Assembly (NCBI GenBank): GCA_973895155.1
Contig: OZ316892.1
Coordinates: forward strand, 7,609,251-7,673,250
Direction: 5' to 3'
Length of the DNA: 64,000 bases
Source: Marsupella aquatica
Taxonomy: Eukaryota > Plantae > Marchantiophyta
Of this stretch, positions 48,704-60,722 are shown in pieces (within the stretch, counting starts at the first letter, position 1; every line of letters begins with the position of its first letter). The position numbers and the translations under genes are program-made. Under the pieces are notes generated by a model, which saw only the letters and a list, made by a program, of their open reading frames with translations, was not told the origin of the DNA and did no database searches.

Positions 48704-49854
48704 GCAGGTACGAAAAATTATGTAGTCCTTGTTGAATTGATAGCTCGGCTGATTGTTGCTAAGCTGGTAGATTGAGCCGTTTGTATATATGATCCAGAGG
48801 TTCAATAATCCAGTGTTCAATTTCATGTTCGAGAAAGACTGAATCTGTTGAAGATTATTATTTCTTTCGAACAGGCGACAATCCTCGTGAGGGTCGTCCG
48901 TGGCCAGGTTAATATGGTAGTATTACTCGAGCGATGCCCTCAGATTTTCAGCACCGAATCTGGAATGGCGTCCGTATGACAAATTGGTTGAATGCGACGT
49001 TTTGTACATTAGTCTAGTATGTGACGGAGCTCTGCATGAGTTAATAGTGTTGTCCTACTCTTGTTGTCGTTCCCAAATCCTAAGTACATTAGTCGAGGAT
49101 GTGATGGAGCTCTGCAGGTAAAAGTGTCGTCGTGCTCTTATTGTTGTTCACAAATCCTAAGTTGTCTCGTGGACTTGCACGCAGAATTGACAAACCTGTT
49201 CAAATACAAAGACAGAAATAAAGATCGAAAACTCATGTACATCAACCAGGAAACCAACTGAAGACAGACTTGGAAAAATAGCTCTAAACAAGGAGGGGCA
49301 ATCTTGACACATGGTTCTCTCTTTTGTAAAATTCTTGCATCGTTGTCTCTGCGAGCTTTACTCAATTAGTCAAACTGCGAGGAACCATTTCCAGCAAAGA
49401 GCAAGACATCAAAGGTTTCATTCCGTCGGTTTTTCTCGATTTTAAATTTGCTCCATTTTTTTCCTCTGCTGTGGTCAATTAGTCGCTCTGTTAGTAAAAT
49501 AATCGCACTGCGACCATTGTAGTTCAGTGTCGGTTCCAAGATCAGTTCTAAAGCAGTATAATTGTCACCGATCCGAATGTCGGTTCCAACATTAGTTGTA
49601 AAGCAGTATGATTGTCACGGATCCTAGTTCAAATGTAAGAATTTACTCAATCTATACATTGTAATTACAATCCGCAACTGATAATTTAAGTCAGCTCGTT
49701 TCTCATTGCTAGCTGCGGGGCTAGCTGATGTCGTTCGGAACTTCATTCTGAGGTCGAAACTCTAAAGCTCTGTTCCTTCTTCGACCTCAGTGCGGTACAT
49801 AAAAGAAATCAAGTCAGAGCTCGTACTATAGTCAGCGAAGCAGAGTCAGATATC

Positions 49855-50637
49855 ATGGCGACATTGACGCAACGCATAGCGGAGCTCTCGAAACATGCTC
49901 TGTTGATGTACCGGACGATGCTCATAAAGTCTGAATTGAGGAGACGTAGAGCAGTAATTCAAAATGCTGAAGACCGTCACAGCACACTCCTACCAGATAA
50001 TGTCTTGCCCACTGCTGCTCCCCCTGGTTCGTCGATCATGTACAATTGCAACCGATCCGAAATAAAGCGCGTGTTCAATCTGTTCGACGAGAACAAGGAC
50101 GGTGTCATATCTGCCGATGAGCTGCAACTGTACATGAGAAAATTAGGTTTTGACTTGTCGGAACAAACTGTGAGAGGCATAGTGGGAAGCGTGGACAGAA
50201 ACAGCGACGACTTGGTGGACTTCGACGAATTCTACTCATTGTACAGCTCTGTATCCAAGGTGTCGAGGGAGAAGAGCTGTTCTTCTCATGATTCGCCTAT
50301 CGCAATTGAGAAGGATTTGGACGAGGAGGAAGAGGAAGAGGCTCTGATCAAGGCCTTCTTCGTCTTTGATGAGAACAGGGACGGCTGCATCACTGCGTCC
50401 GAACTTCAGCAGGTGCTGCTGAAGTTGGGAATTCCTGAAGGCAGAAGCTTGTATGGCTGTACAAAAATGATTGAAACAGTTGACGCTGATGGCAATGGAA
50501 GTGTGGATTTCTTCGAGTTTCAGGACATGATGAGCTCAAGTGTTTTCAGTTGTGGAAGCTCCTTACCTCCATCTTCAATTCACTTCGATTTTGGAAACGG
50601 GGCGTCAAATCGAGACCAGTTTTCGAAAGAGGAATGA
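49855..50637 (+). CDS. Calmodulin-like protein CML-3 (4 EF-hands, basic N-terminal and Ser-rich C-terminal extensions), 260 aa
   Basis: EF loops DENKDGVISADE, DRNSDDLVDFDE, DENRDGCITASE and DADGNGSVDFFE. LGIPEGRSLYGCTKMI motif. Intronless ORF. Confidence 0.95.
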   Translation: MATLTQRIAELSKHALLMYRTMLIKSELRRRRAVIQNAEDRHSTLLPDNVLPTAAPPGSSIMYNCNRSEIKRVFNLFDENKDGVISADELQLYMRKLGFDLSEQTVRGIVGSVDRNSDDLVDFDEFYSLYSSVSKVSREKSCSSHDSPIAIEKDLDEEEEEEALIKAFFVFDENRDGCITASELQQVLLKLGIPEGRSLYGCTKMIETVDADGNGSVDFFEFQDMMSSSVFSCGSSLPPSSIHFDFGNGASNRDQFSKEE

Positions 50638-52356
50638 GTTTCATCTGTACAAATTTGTCAATATGAAGATCCATAGAGAGGAAAGCGTACGTAGAGAGTA
50701 CGAGAATTTACGGTCTTAACTTCATTAAACCCATCACTAGAACATGAGTGTGTACATAATGTACGAGGCAGAAACGGTAGACGATAATTTCGCAGTTTGC
50801 ACATATCTAAATTAAATCTCCACTGTATTTTTAAGATGGTCTGACATTCAACCTATTGCGGCCCATTTTGGATCATTCTCAAACGTCGTGGTAGATTTGG
50901 GCTTCTGTTCTCAGAAAACCCATTTAGCGCATTGTACATAATTTTTAAAGGAGAGTCAATAATACTTGGAATCCTCCTTCCTACAAATGTTTGACATGTA
51001 CACATGTTATTAAGAATAACACCAGTTTACTGGTTTAATATGAGCATTGCATATTTGAATAGGAGAGCCGATAATCAGACTCTTCCTACAACTGTTTGTC
51101 ACTTAAAATGATTAAAGCAAAACTCTAGCTTGAACTGCACCTCCTCCGGGTCCACCTCGAGCGAGTCCAAGAGCAGTTGATCTTGGTTGCAACGGGTCAT
51201 CGAAATACCTTGAGCACAAACTTCGGTCTTAAGTACTGCGGTCAAAGCAATCATGGGACGGTGTTAGAGATGCGTGGTCCTCTGGAGGAGCCAGTCCAAC
51301 TTCACCATACAATGGATCACATGGAAAACGAGGGACTGTAATCTATAGGCTAATTGACTTTAGTGCTCTTTTGTCTAGTTTTCAGCATCTGATTGCCAAG
51401 AGCTGGTGAGCGTTGAATTTCTCAGCCTACTGAACGATCTACTGAAAATGAAGGGTTGAGACGTCCTCAGCAGCCCTACAGTTGAATTATTGATTTGAAG
51501 ATTCACGGGTGAGCTATCAAGTCTCGAAGCAATTCAATCATTAGTTGGTGAATTCCGGATCGGGTTCCGGATGCATCATTGCGAGGTGATTCTGAGCTTA
51601 TGTCGAACTTATTTAGCTCAAATCTCTCAAATTCGAGATTGGCACATTTATCAAATGAAGATTGTATGGACTTTCACTGACCTCACCGAGCCTCTTCTAC
51701 TGCAATTTAAACATTGACTTGTCGACATAGCTGACTCCAACCCAGCTATTTGGTGAGCCAATGCTATTCTGGACACCTAAAACTCACAAGCAATTTACAA
51801 TATTACAATTAAAAATGTGAGGATCTGTAGTACCTACGTAAGAGGTATTATTCGACATTAATATTAATTATAAGCTCAGATCTCATCTACCTAGCTCTGA
51901 TCACACGTTCTCTCCATCTCCAGCCAGAGGTTGAGAACTTGAGATGATACACGGATAGTCCGTGACGTCTCTGATTCTAGTTCCTACGCATGGTCCCTCT
52001 GGTCCGTCCATTCATTCATTGGGACCGCAGTGTATATCTTGATGAATAAGCTAAGCTCGAGGTTCATCTGTTATGTACTCGATTGACGAAAGGATGATGT
52101 TCACAATCAGGTAGCATCCGCTTTTGCCGGTTATCTGAGATCAAAATGTGATAGTATAATGTGTGCATTCAATGATTTAGATAGAATAATGAGATTTATC
52201 ATGGTAAGGACTGATTAAGTGTGCAATTTAAATAGAATAATGAGAGTTATCATGGTAAGGACTCATTAAGTGCACGATATTTTACTGGAATGTATTTTTT
52301 ATAAATTTTAATATCGTGAAACCCTTTTTATAAATTTTAATACCGTGAAACCCCAC

Positions 52357-52780
52357 TGATAGGGGGCACAACAAAGTCCAATGCAGCCAATACCAAACAA
52401 CACAACAAGGGCAACACAAGTGCACAATATTTTGATGTGCAATTACCGGGACTGGCAGAGAAGAGCCTCACGAGTTTTTTGCCACTCCTGACTGTATCTT
52501 TTTTTGACTCATAATGAATTAGCCTCACAAGTTTTTGGTCACTCAAGACTGTATTTTTTTTGCCTCATAAAAACCAAATGAATTCCATTCAAATAACCCA
52601 GCATATTTATAGAAAACAGGGGAAACAGGGGAGCCCCAAACAGCCGCATCCCCCCAAAGGACTGGTGGGTGTGGTGCTAATAGACCAGTGGAGCAGGTGC
52701 CAGGGAAGAAACTGGGCTTCAAAAGGAGTCAACTACACAAGACATTTTGTAACTACAACGGGATCAATACACTCCTACCA
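52357..52780. mobile_element. Possible solo-LTR-like remnant
   Basis: TGATAGG...CCTACCA termini and an internal TATTTATAG motif. No matching target-site duplication seen. Confidence 0.35.
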
Positions 52781-55700
52781 CTGGCCAGTGATCAGGTTAC
52801 TCCTACATCACATTTGTAACTACCAGCCAGTGATCAGGTTACTCTTGAAATGAGCATTTGGACTGTCTCTAGGCTGTGAACTTAGCATCTGTTAATCTAA
52901 TTATAATGATAGGTAATGCCACTCTTAGATTGAACCCTCTATTGAACCTTTTGGGCTCCAGGTTGTGAACTTTATGCCTCTTCGCAACCCTCCTGTGTGG
53001 TTTCCTCCTCTACCAGGCTTTTGAGTGTGGTGCTAAGATGGGCTCTAGTTCTTTGTAGAAAGTTGGGACTCAAGGGTTTTTTGACTCTTTGAATTAGTCT
53101 GTCCAGATTTCTCCCTTGTTAATTTTCCCCTTATGGGGTTTCTTAACTTGGGATCTAGTCCCCTTTGGGGATCTCTCCAGCTTATATTTTAATGCAAAAT
53201 TCCTGCTCCCCAAAACATTTTGGCCACTTTTGGCAAAGATTTGCTAGATTATTTGAATACCTTTAGCCAGTTTCCCCTTTGGGGGGGGGGGGGGGTCATT
53301 ATATGGAGGGTCATGCATCAAGTGCAAAGGTTTGGTCATTTATGACCCCCCTAAGGACCCCCTAAGTCACTTTATATGAAGTTGTATCACACAAATCACG
53401 TGAGTACATGTGTGCATTTTGCTAAGGAGATGTACCCGGAGATGTAATGATCACTCTGGATATAATTAGGAAAATCAGATAAGAAATATCAGGAGTGATA
53501 TTTGTAGCATCTTCTCCCTGAGAGAGGTTGACATTTGCCACACTGGCTAGAAAAAGATCTATTCTCTTGGTATGGTCCCGGGTATCATGGTGTTTTCTAT
53601 TCTTTGGCAGTCTGTTTTAATTGTTCTTTGCCGTGGTACATATATCTTCAGCTTTTCTCTTGTTGCACTATTTTAATTATAAACTCTCTCCTCTTGTCGC
53701 CTTCGCCTTACAAACTGGAACACAGGGCATGGGATCCTTGGGAACTCTCACAGTCTCCTAAGACCGTGAGCACAAAAGGGCTGGCTGACTCTTCCTGACC
53801 ACCCAAGTCATGGCCCTCACCATCTTCATTCTAGCACCAAAAATTTGCTAGATTCCCTGACCTGTTTGAAAGGCCTTCTCCATTTTGATAAATTCATTAC
53901 CATAGTCACATAAAATAATTTATTAACACATTTATGGGGCCATCAAGTGAATTCAAAGTTTCAGACCTGTCAGCCTGGGATAATACACTGGCCGTTCCTC
54001 AAAATTGAGAATAAATTAAAAGCTAGACACGACAGCCACATGGGGCAAATTGCTTTTGAAAACTAGTTTTTCTGTTGAAATATGTGGCAAACACATATTT
54101 TGGCTAGGTGGCCTGGAAAACTTCTCTCTAATTAAGGGAATGCCATAGTATCACGGCCCCTAGGACATTTGGCAAACTAGGTTACTACTACAGTACGTAG
54201 CTTTCTTGACTTCCTTTAGCCAGTTTCCCACTTGCATTAGCCAGAATTTAAGGTTATCATTTTTAATTAAATCTAGTGAGATGTGTTGGCTGGCTAGACT
54301 CTAGTCTCGGCAACTTGGATAAAGAATATCACTAGCATCTTCTCCTTCACACAAGGCCATAGCTCAAAAGTAAAAAACCTTGACCATTCCTTGCGTGCAA
54401 CTTTCCTTCTCCCGGACAAGCTCCACCAAGTGTTTCCATTCTGATAATTATGTGCAAATTTGCTACCAGGTGAAGTGGTTTGCAAATTATACAGATAAGT
54501 TTTTAAAAAGTTCTAGTCTGGGATTTTATCTCAGATAAAATCCTTGGTTAGATTTCTGACTGTGCCATGAGTGTCACCCGCCCAAAATACAAAAGGAAAC
54601 CCTGGTTCCACCTTGGGCCGAGACTGTGCTCGGACAATGGTTGTCTCTTCAAGATGCCATAAGTGTCACCTGCTGAAAATACAAAAGGAAACCATGGTTC
54701 CAACCAGCGTATTTTTAAGTGCAAATTTTAACCAAATTCCACCTCCCCCAAAAATGTTCGCCACTTTTGGCTAATATTGGCTGGATTTTTTGACCACCAT
54801 TAGCCACTCTTCATGGACCCCATTAGCCAAAATCTAAGTGTACTCCTTAAATCTAGGGTTATCTGACAGTCATGATTTACTTCAGTAAAATATGGAGAAC
54901 ATTCGCCACACTGGCTAAAAATTAAAAAACCTTAAAAAACAAGCCGGTTCCAAGCTGTGGCCCAACTATGCTCGTACCATGGTAGCCTCCTAGCGGGCCC
55001 TGACCGCGTCCGTCGCACCACCCTCCGACCTCCCACTCGCTTGCAGACTACGGCGATCCTGCCCTGCGGCTTCCTCCTCGCAAACTGAGCGCCGCCCTCT
55101 AACCGAGCACGGACCCGCCCTTTGGCCCTGCGTCTTCCTCCCTGCTGTCGCTGGCTCGTGCGAATCCACGCCGCCCATCTTCGGGACGCTGCGTCGTGGC
55201 CATTATTGTACTGCAGCTGGACCCGCCCTTTGGCCCTGCGTCTTCCTCCGTGCCCTCACTCGCTCGTGCGAATCCATGCCCAGCTCCCTCTGTCCTCTCT
55301 GGACGAGTGGAGTGCGCACTAGGCTTTTTCATCCCTGCCTGTGTATTTTCTTCGGCTGGAGGCCAAAAGGACCTACCATAGTTCGTTGGAGGGTACGCCT
55401 GCTTTTTCAGGGCCGGCTGCCTAGAGGACAGGTCTCTCAATTGTGTAATTTTTCATGGCCTCCTCTCTGTAGTGAAACCTCTAGTTGTAATTATGTTTTT
55501 ATAAATTTACTCGTTTATTTGGCATGAAGTCTTTATTTGGAAAAAGACCCAAACGGCACACGAATGCCTGTAACGCAGAATGGCAAGGGCCCAGTCACCA
55601 CTGGAAACAGAGCAACCCAAACGTGTCCCTAGTATTTGTAATTTTCAAAAGGAAATTCTCTACAAACGGTGATTATCAAAGGAATTACAAAAGGAAATTC

Positions 55701-58077
55701 TCTAGAAACGGTGATTATCAAAGGCTACTATCTAGAGTGAACTTCTGGAGTGTGACTCTGGGGAGTTGGGGGTGGAAGTGCAAAACTTGGAAGCATGGGG
55801 GCATTGCAAATAGTAGAGCCTATTCGAGCCTATTCGAATGTACCTACCTCTAAACTGTGGCTCTGGGGAGCTAGGGGTCCTAGTGGGAAACTGGGGGCAT
55901 GGTGAATCTTTGCAAATGATAGAAAGTGTCTGAATGTACTCACCTCTATTAACTCTATTTACGGTCAAAGAACCTTGGGCACTCAGACTAGTGTATATAG
56001 AGGGGCATGTGAAAAAAATGCTATGGCTCGCCAAGGAAGTGGACCGAGATGCAAAAGTAGAAGCAAAACTGGCCGTGGGCCCTGCATTTTTTGTGGCAGC
56101 TGGGTACGAAGGGCATGACATTTGTTTTGGTTTGGGCGGCGCAAGCTATTACCTACAAGGGGCGTGTGATTCTTTTGAGTTCGGTTCCAATGGCTAGGTA
56201 GTGATAAAGGGCTTTCGAATTGAAAGTATCATGCTCGCAATCAGATTTTGGGGAATTTGGGTTACATATATTTCTACGTCCAACGTAACTCTACGTACGC
56301 AACTGTTGTCGTTGTTTGATGCACAAGTTGCGGAAAGAGACGGGCACATGACCAGGTTCCCTTCACGTGACTGACCATCCTTGTTTAGTTCCGGCATATT
56401 CATCTCCTTCAAGTGGGGACAGACTGCATGGGGAATTATCTATTTTCGAATTCTTGAAGAACTTGACTTTATTGGGCACATTCCATCACTTAATGTCTCA
56501 GCATCAATCCTCTGAGCGAAAAGCGAAAACTATAACAAAGTGAGTAGGGACCCAGACACAGGGACTTCTAATGCTTCTGGAGCTTGCGTAAACCGTGAAC
56601 AATTATGAATCACAAAGGTATGACGATCGTGAAACTGAAAAGTGTGCTGTGATTGCCCTCGTCTTTGTCTACTGAGATTACAATCTTAGCTTACTTTAGA
56701 AGGGGCAGCCAGAACATTCCACGGCTAGCATCAGCGTGATTGGAGAAATCTTGCTCTGCTTCTTCAGTTGACAACACCGCCAGTGGACCCAAACGATGTG
56801 AATCGAAGGCCAATATATAACAGAATGTGGTGGCCCCGGCAGACCTCAGAAGCACACAATACTTAAATCCAGTTTGGTTTAGGCTCAATTTCAGCATTAC
56901 AGTATCTGGAGAGCATAGCTAGAAACAAGAGATGATATCAGCAATACAGTATCTGGAGAGCATAGCCAGAAACAAGAGATATATGTGTTCAGGTGATCCA
57001 GTAGCAGAACTTCGATTCCTCCTCTCTCCATATCGTTCAAGTGAGCTATATATGGCAGGTCAGACGGAACGGACTCCAGCGTCTTTGTACTTTATTCAGG
57101 AAATTTAATATGATTACCCAAGTAATGGAGTAATAACAGCACCGTGCACATGCCAGCCTGTCAGTTCTGTACGTGGTTGTGAACTTTCGCCCCATAAGAG
57201 TCACCAGAGTGGTCTATACATGGCCTTCGTATACATATATATGAACAGATTGCTTTTGCAGCCGGACCGTTCAAGTCCATTAGCTGTACTCCTGTAATCA
57301 TCTATGGAACAATCAAGCCTGACAGTAGAGTCCAGAGGCACCAAGAAGAAAGTTTTCTGTACGTGTACATTAGGAATTTGGAATACTGTAGGAATAATTA
57401 GAGGATCGTTGAAAAAGTCATTAGATACTTCATGTAGCACTGTCTGATAAGAAATATTAATTAGGGTCACAGAGAATCCCACGTGTGAATGTATTTCTTC
57501 CTGGCTGTCCAGACTTTATGCGTGAGCATCGTGGGGGAGGTCAGCTAATTCACTGCTTCGCAACAATGTGACAACCTATTACACGTCGAAGGTTGTGCTT
57601 ATTACATCATGGGTGCCGTCAACAATGAGCTAACTCCACAGAATGTCTTATTTAAATTCCATTTAGTGGTTGGAAGTTGTTCACAACATAAAGAATTCTG
57701 GCATCATTTTGTAACAACTGATGTATTCTGGAAGCAAGGCCTGCAGAAGTCTGTCAAATGCTCTGCTCATGGTCTATATACATTATTTGTGGATGTGACG
57801 AGATTAATCCAGTTCCAATTCTAGCAATGATGGATCTGAGGTCAATTACTTTGGAAGTAACCTACGGTACCTCTGTACGTTCTTTGTCACGAAGGGATTG
57901 AATTCTTCATGGGAGTACAGGCTTCGTAGGTAGGGAGTAGGGACTCCTCTTTGTGTAAAGCATTTGACGCGAAGACAGGCGTATAATACATCAAATTATA
58001 CACGGCAGTAATGGTTTGCAAGTTGAATTAGTTTGTGAAGTTTTCGAGGTCTTGCGCTACATCCTGTGGAGCTGCGC

Positions 58078-58084
58078 TATATAA
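58078..58084 (+). promoter_or_regulatory. TATA box upstream of the long fold-back
   Basis: GCGC-TATATAA-GGCC followed by pyrimidine-rich initiator-like sequence, ~200 nt before the 5' arm. No ORF of note downstream. Confidence 0.6.
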
Positions 58085-58281
58085 GGCCTCGCTCACTTCT
58101 GTTCTCCTCAATTGATGACGAAGAGAACTACCATTCTTCGTGTTCGTCGGCAATGTCTGGCACCATACATCACTCTCAGAATCCACACGATGTTGTTAGA
58201 CTATCTGTACATCATCTTCAGGATTTTCGCGACTCAGTCTGACTGTTCGGCACGTATATGACGACGTCGAGTCCCTGCAAG

Positions 58282-59305
58282 CCTGCCAAAAGCGCACTGG
58301 TATTTGTGATTTGCAATCGAATTCTTTGACAGTCTGTACTTCGACAATCAACCCCAACAATTTGTCCATCTCCTTTCTGCACAAAGCTGATCATGGTCTC
58401 GTACAGGAAGCAAGAGGAAGGCCATGATCGGAATTGAGTTCAACCTCGTGCATCAGTTGGTTCATCATATATTAGACTGCAAGCCAGCTTAGTTTTGTAG
58501 ACTTTGAATTTTATTGCTAAAGATTGTTGCCTTGGATATATAGCTATAGCCTGCTCAGATTTCTGAAACATTGCCTAGTTTCAGAATTTATCTTAGCTTG
58601 GGTAACTAAACCAAAGAGTTTCACCAGCAGAGAAACACATTTCCTCTCCAATTTGAAGCACATTTGATTCCGAATTCCAGTGACTCGAACCAAGGCATGG
58701 AGCTGTAAGGGAGTCAAGTTATGGAAAGAACTTCTGTCAGATTACAACAGCAAGTGACATGTTCATAGCTTCATGCATAGGAGCATACTTTGACTTAGTA
58801 CATGCATGAAGCCATGGACAGGTCTCCATTTGTTGTAGTCGCACAAATTCTAAAATCCCAGAATCCAACTTCCTTAGATATCCATGCCTTTGTTTCATCA
58901 TGGCGTCCAGAGTTGAATGTGCTTCAGATTGAAAGAAAGTAATCGTGTGTTCTCTGGCTGATGAGCAGTTTCGTTACCCCAGCTAAACTACATTCTTGAA
59001 AATACTAGAGTTTGAAAATCTGAGTCGGTGTGGTCAAGACAACTAATACTTAGTGGTCTAATTAAAGTCATCATTCACAGGAAGTGAACTGGAAAACAAC
59101 GAAGCAAGTCGTAATCATTCTAATAGAGAAGTTCTTACTGTCTAACTCAAAGTTGCTTCAGAAGGGAGGAGAATTGACGAAGCTGCTAGAATACGTCACC
59201 GTCACTGCATGAGTACGTCTTTCAGACTGTGTTAAATTAGAACTGGATGTTTTTTGTATTATTTCTTGAAATGCAATCATAGTTTGTGCAAGACAGTTGG
59301 TAAGG
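58282..59305 (+). ncRNA. Candidate long hairpin RNA / MIRNA-like precursor (~1-kb imperfect fold-back, apical loop 58779-58801)
   Basis: Colinear complementary blocks: 58756-58778/58802-58824, 58740-58750/58830-58840, 58706-58714/58868-58876, 58692-58701/58881-58890, 58649-58670/58910-58931, 58593-58606/58973-58986, 58554-58562/59016-59024, 58500-58505/59064-59069, 58470-58476/59119-59125, 58434-58440/59144-59150, 58370-58379/59159-59168, 58329-58336/59223-59230. Arm differences are mostly G:U-compatible on the + strand. Confidence 0.75.
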
Positions 59306-60320
59306 AATAGCTAGAACGTGGTAGCTAGACAGTGGTGATTCAGAGAAACTTTTTCCGTTTTAGCACTTGACAGCATATATATTATTGTCCACTGGCAGCT
59401 AGCTGCTTCAGGTAGAGCTACTGCAGGTAGAGTTTAGCTCCCTGCATAACGCCGACTGAGAAGGGAAGGTTGGCCCCTTGCATTGCACCGATGCAAAGGG
59501 TTTATTAAGACCGTCTTGCAGCTTCCGTCATTTAAAATGGTGGGCAGCCGCTTAACAAGGTGAGGCTGCGTGTAGACTGTCGACTTCTTCGGAGTGAAAT
59601 TGGATACTCACGGCTCGATGGAATGTGGGATTACACCTAACGTTGTTCTGTGTTTAATCTCCCTGTGTGTAGAGTTGTAATCATCAGAAATACACCGAGA
59701 TTCCACGAGAAGATCCGACGTATTTCCAGGTATCCTGTATCATGAGCGGTTTTACCCAGTTTGATATCGTTGTGAGTGTGAAACTTCCTAAATGTGAGGA
59801 AGTCTCCCGTTCTCCCTAGGTCTACCCAGGAAGAACTTTAGAGCTGTAGCTCCACCCTTCTGCCTTTAGAGCTGTTGATGAGCCATCCTGAAAAGCGCCA
59901 TTTCGCATCTGCATGTAGCATGCAAACCTATATCAGGTGGAATTGTCATGGTCCTCATTCAACCGTTACCTTGAGAGGATCTCCTAGACTGTTCGAGAGA
60001 TTGTGGCAGTATCCTGTGTCTGAGCTAATTAACTCTCCTGGGCGAACTTTCCGTGTGTGCAGTTGGTCTGCAAAATAATTGTCTTGCTGCCAGGGGACTT
60101 TTCGAGTACTACATGATGAACTCGTGGAGTACATTCGAGTAGCATCATGTGTTTGTGCAAGCGACGCAGGAGATTCTTCCTTACTCAAGTTACCAGACTT
60201 TCCATTTGTAGCTTGGGTCATCTTTATCCAGCGCAATCGGATGTGTGAACACCCTGTGTGAAGCATCTGGCTCCAGACTTTGTGGCACCTTGGCTACATG
60301 GCGAGAAGTAACTGCCTCGG

Positions 60321-60357
60321 TCCATACTTTCTGGCACCTTTGGCTACATGGCCCCAG
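60321..60357 (+). pseudogene. Tiny receptor-kinase-like fragment (subdomain VIII GTFGYMAP) ending at a splice donor
   Basis: TCC ATA CTT TCT GGC ACC TTT GGC TAC ATG GCC CCA G|GT encodes SILSGTFGYMAP followed by an intron-like GT. A 1-nt-shorter duplicate lies at ~60277-60302. There is an in-frame stop just upstream. Confidence 0.4.
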
Positions 60358-60722
60358 GTACGAGCTCTGCCTATTCTAGATATAATAGTTGCGTGAAAGA
60401 AGAATCTCATCATCTTCGAGGTAACGGTGCAAATGTGTGAATTGAGGGAGGTTCACGCTGAACTCTATGACGACCTTCTGCTTTTGGGTACTAAGGGTGT
60501 AGGTCTTTGGAGCACGCAATGTGGTCTTTTGAGCTATTTTTAAAGAATGAACTCACGATTCTTTTGAGCTATTTTAAAGATCGTAGGCCTTTTTCCTCTG
60601 TTCTTTGAGTATGAGACGCGACGAGACTCAGCACCAAAGGAGATATTATGGTTTTGGAATAGTTCTTCTTGAATGAATATACTCACCGCCAAAAAGCTAT
60701 TCCACAAGCTAATGGCATTCCA

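Noticed and set aside
54990-55500. GC-rich ORFs with a duplicated GGACCCGCCCTTTGGCCCTGCGTCTTCCTCC block
   Set aside because: They look like a retroelement 3' remnant with an internal duplication, and no protein family or termini could be supported.
58696-58716. CATGGAGCTGTAAGGGAGTC resembles miR319/159 (TTGGACTGAAGGGAGCTCC)
   Set aside because: It needs two insertions plus mismatches and lies on the 5' arm, whereas miR319 comes from the 3' arm. Not called.
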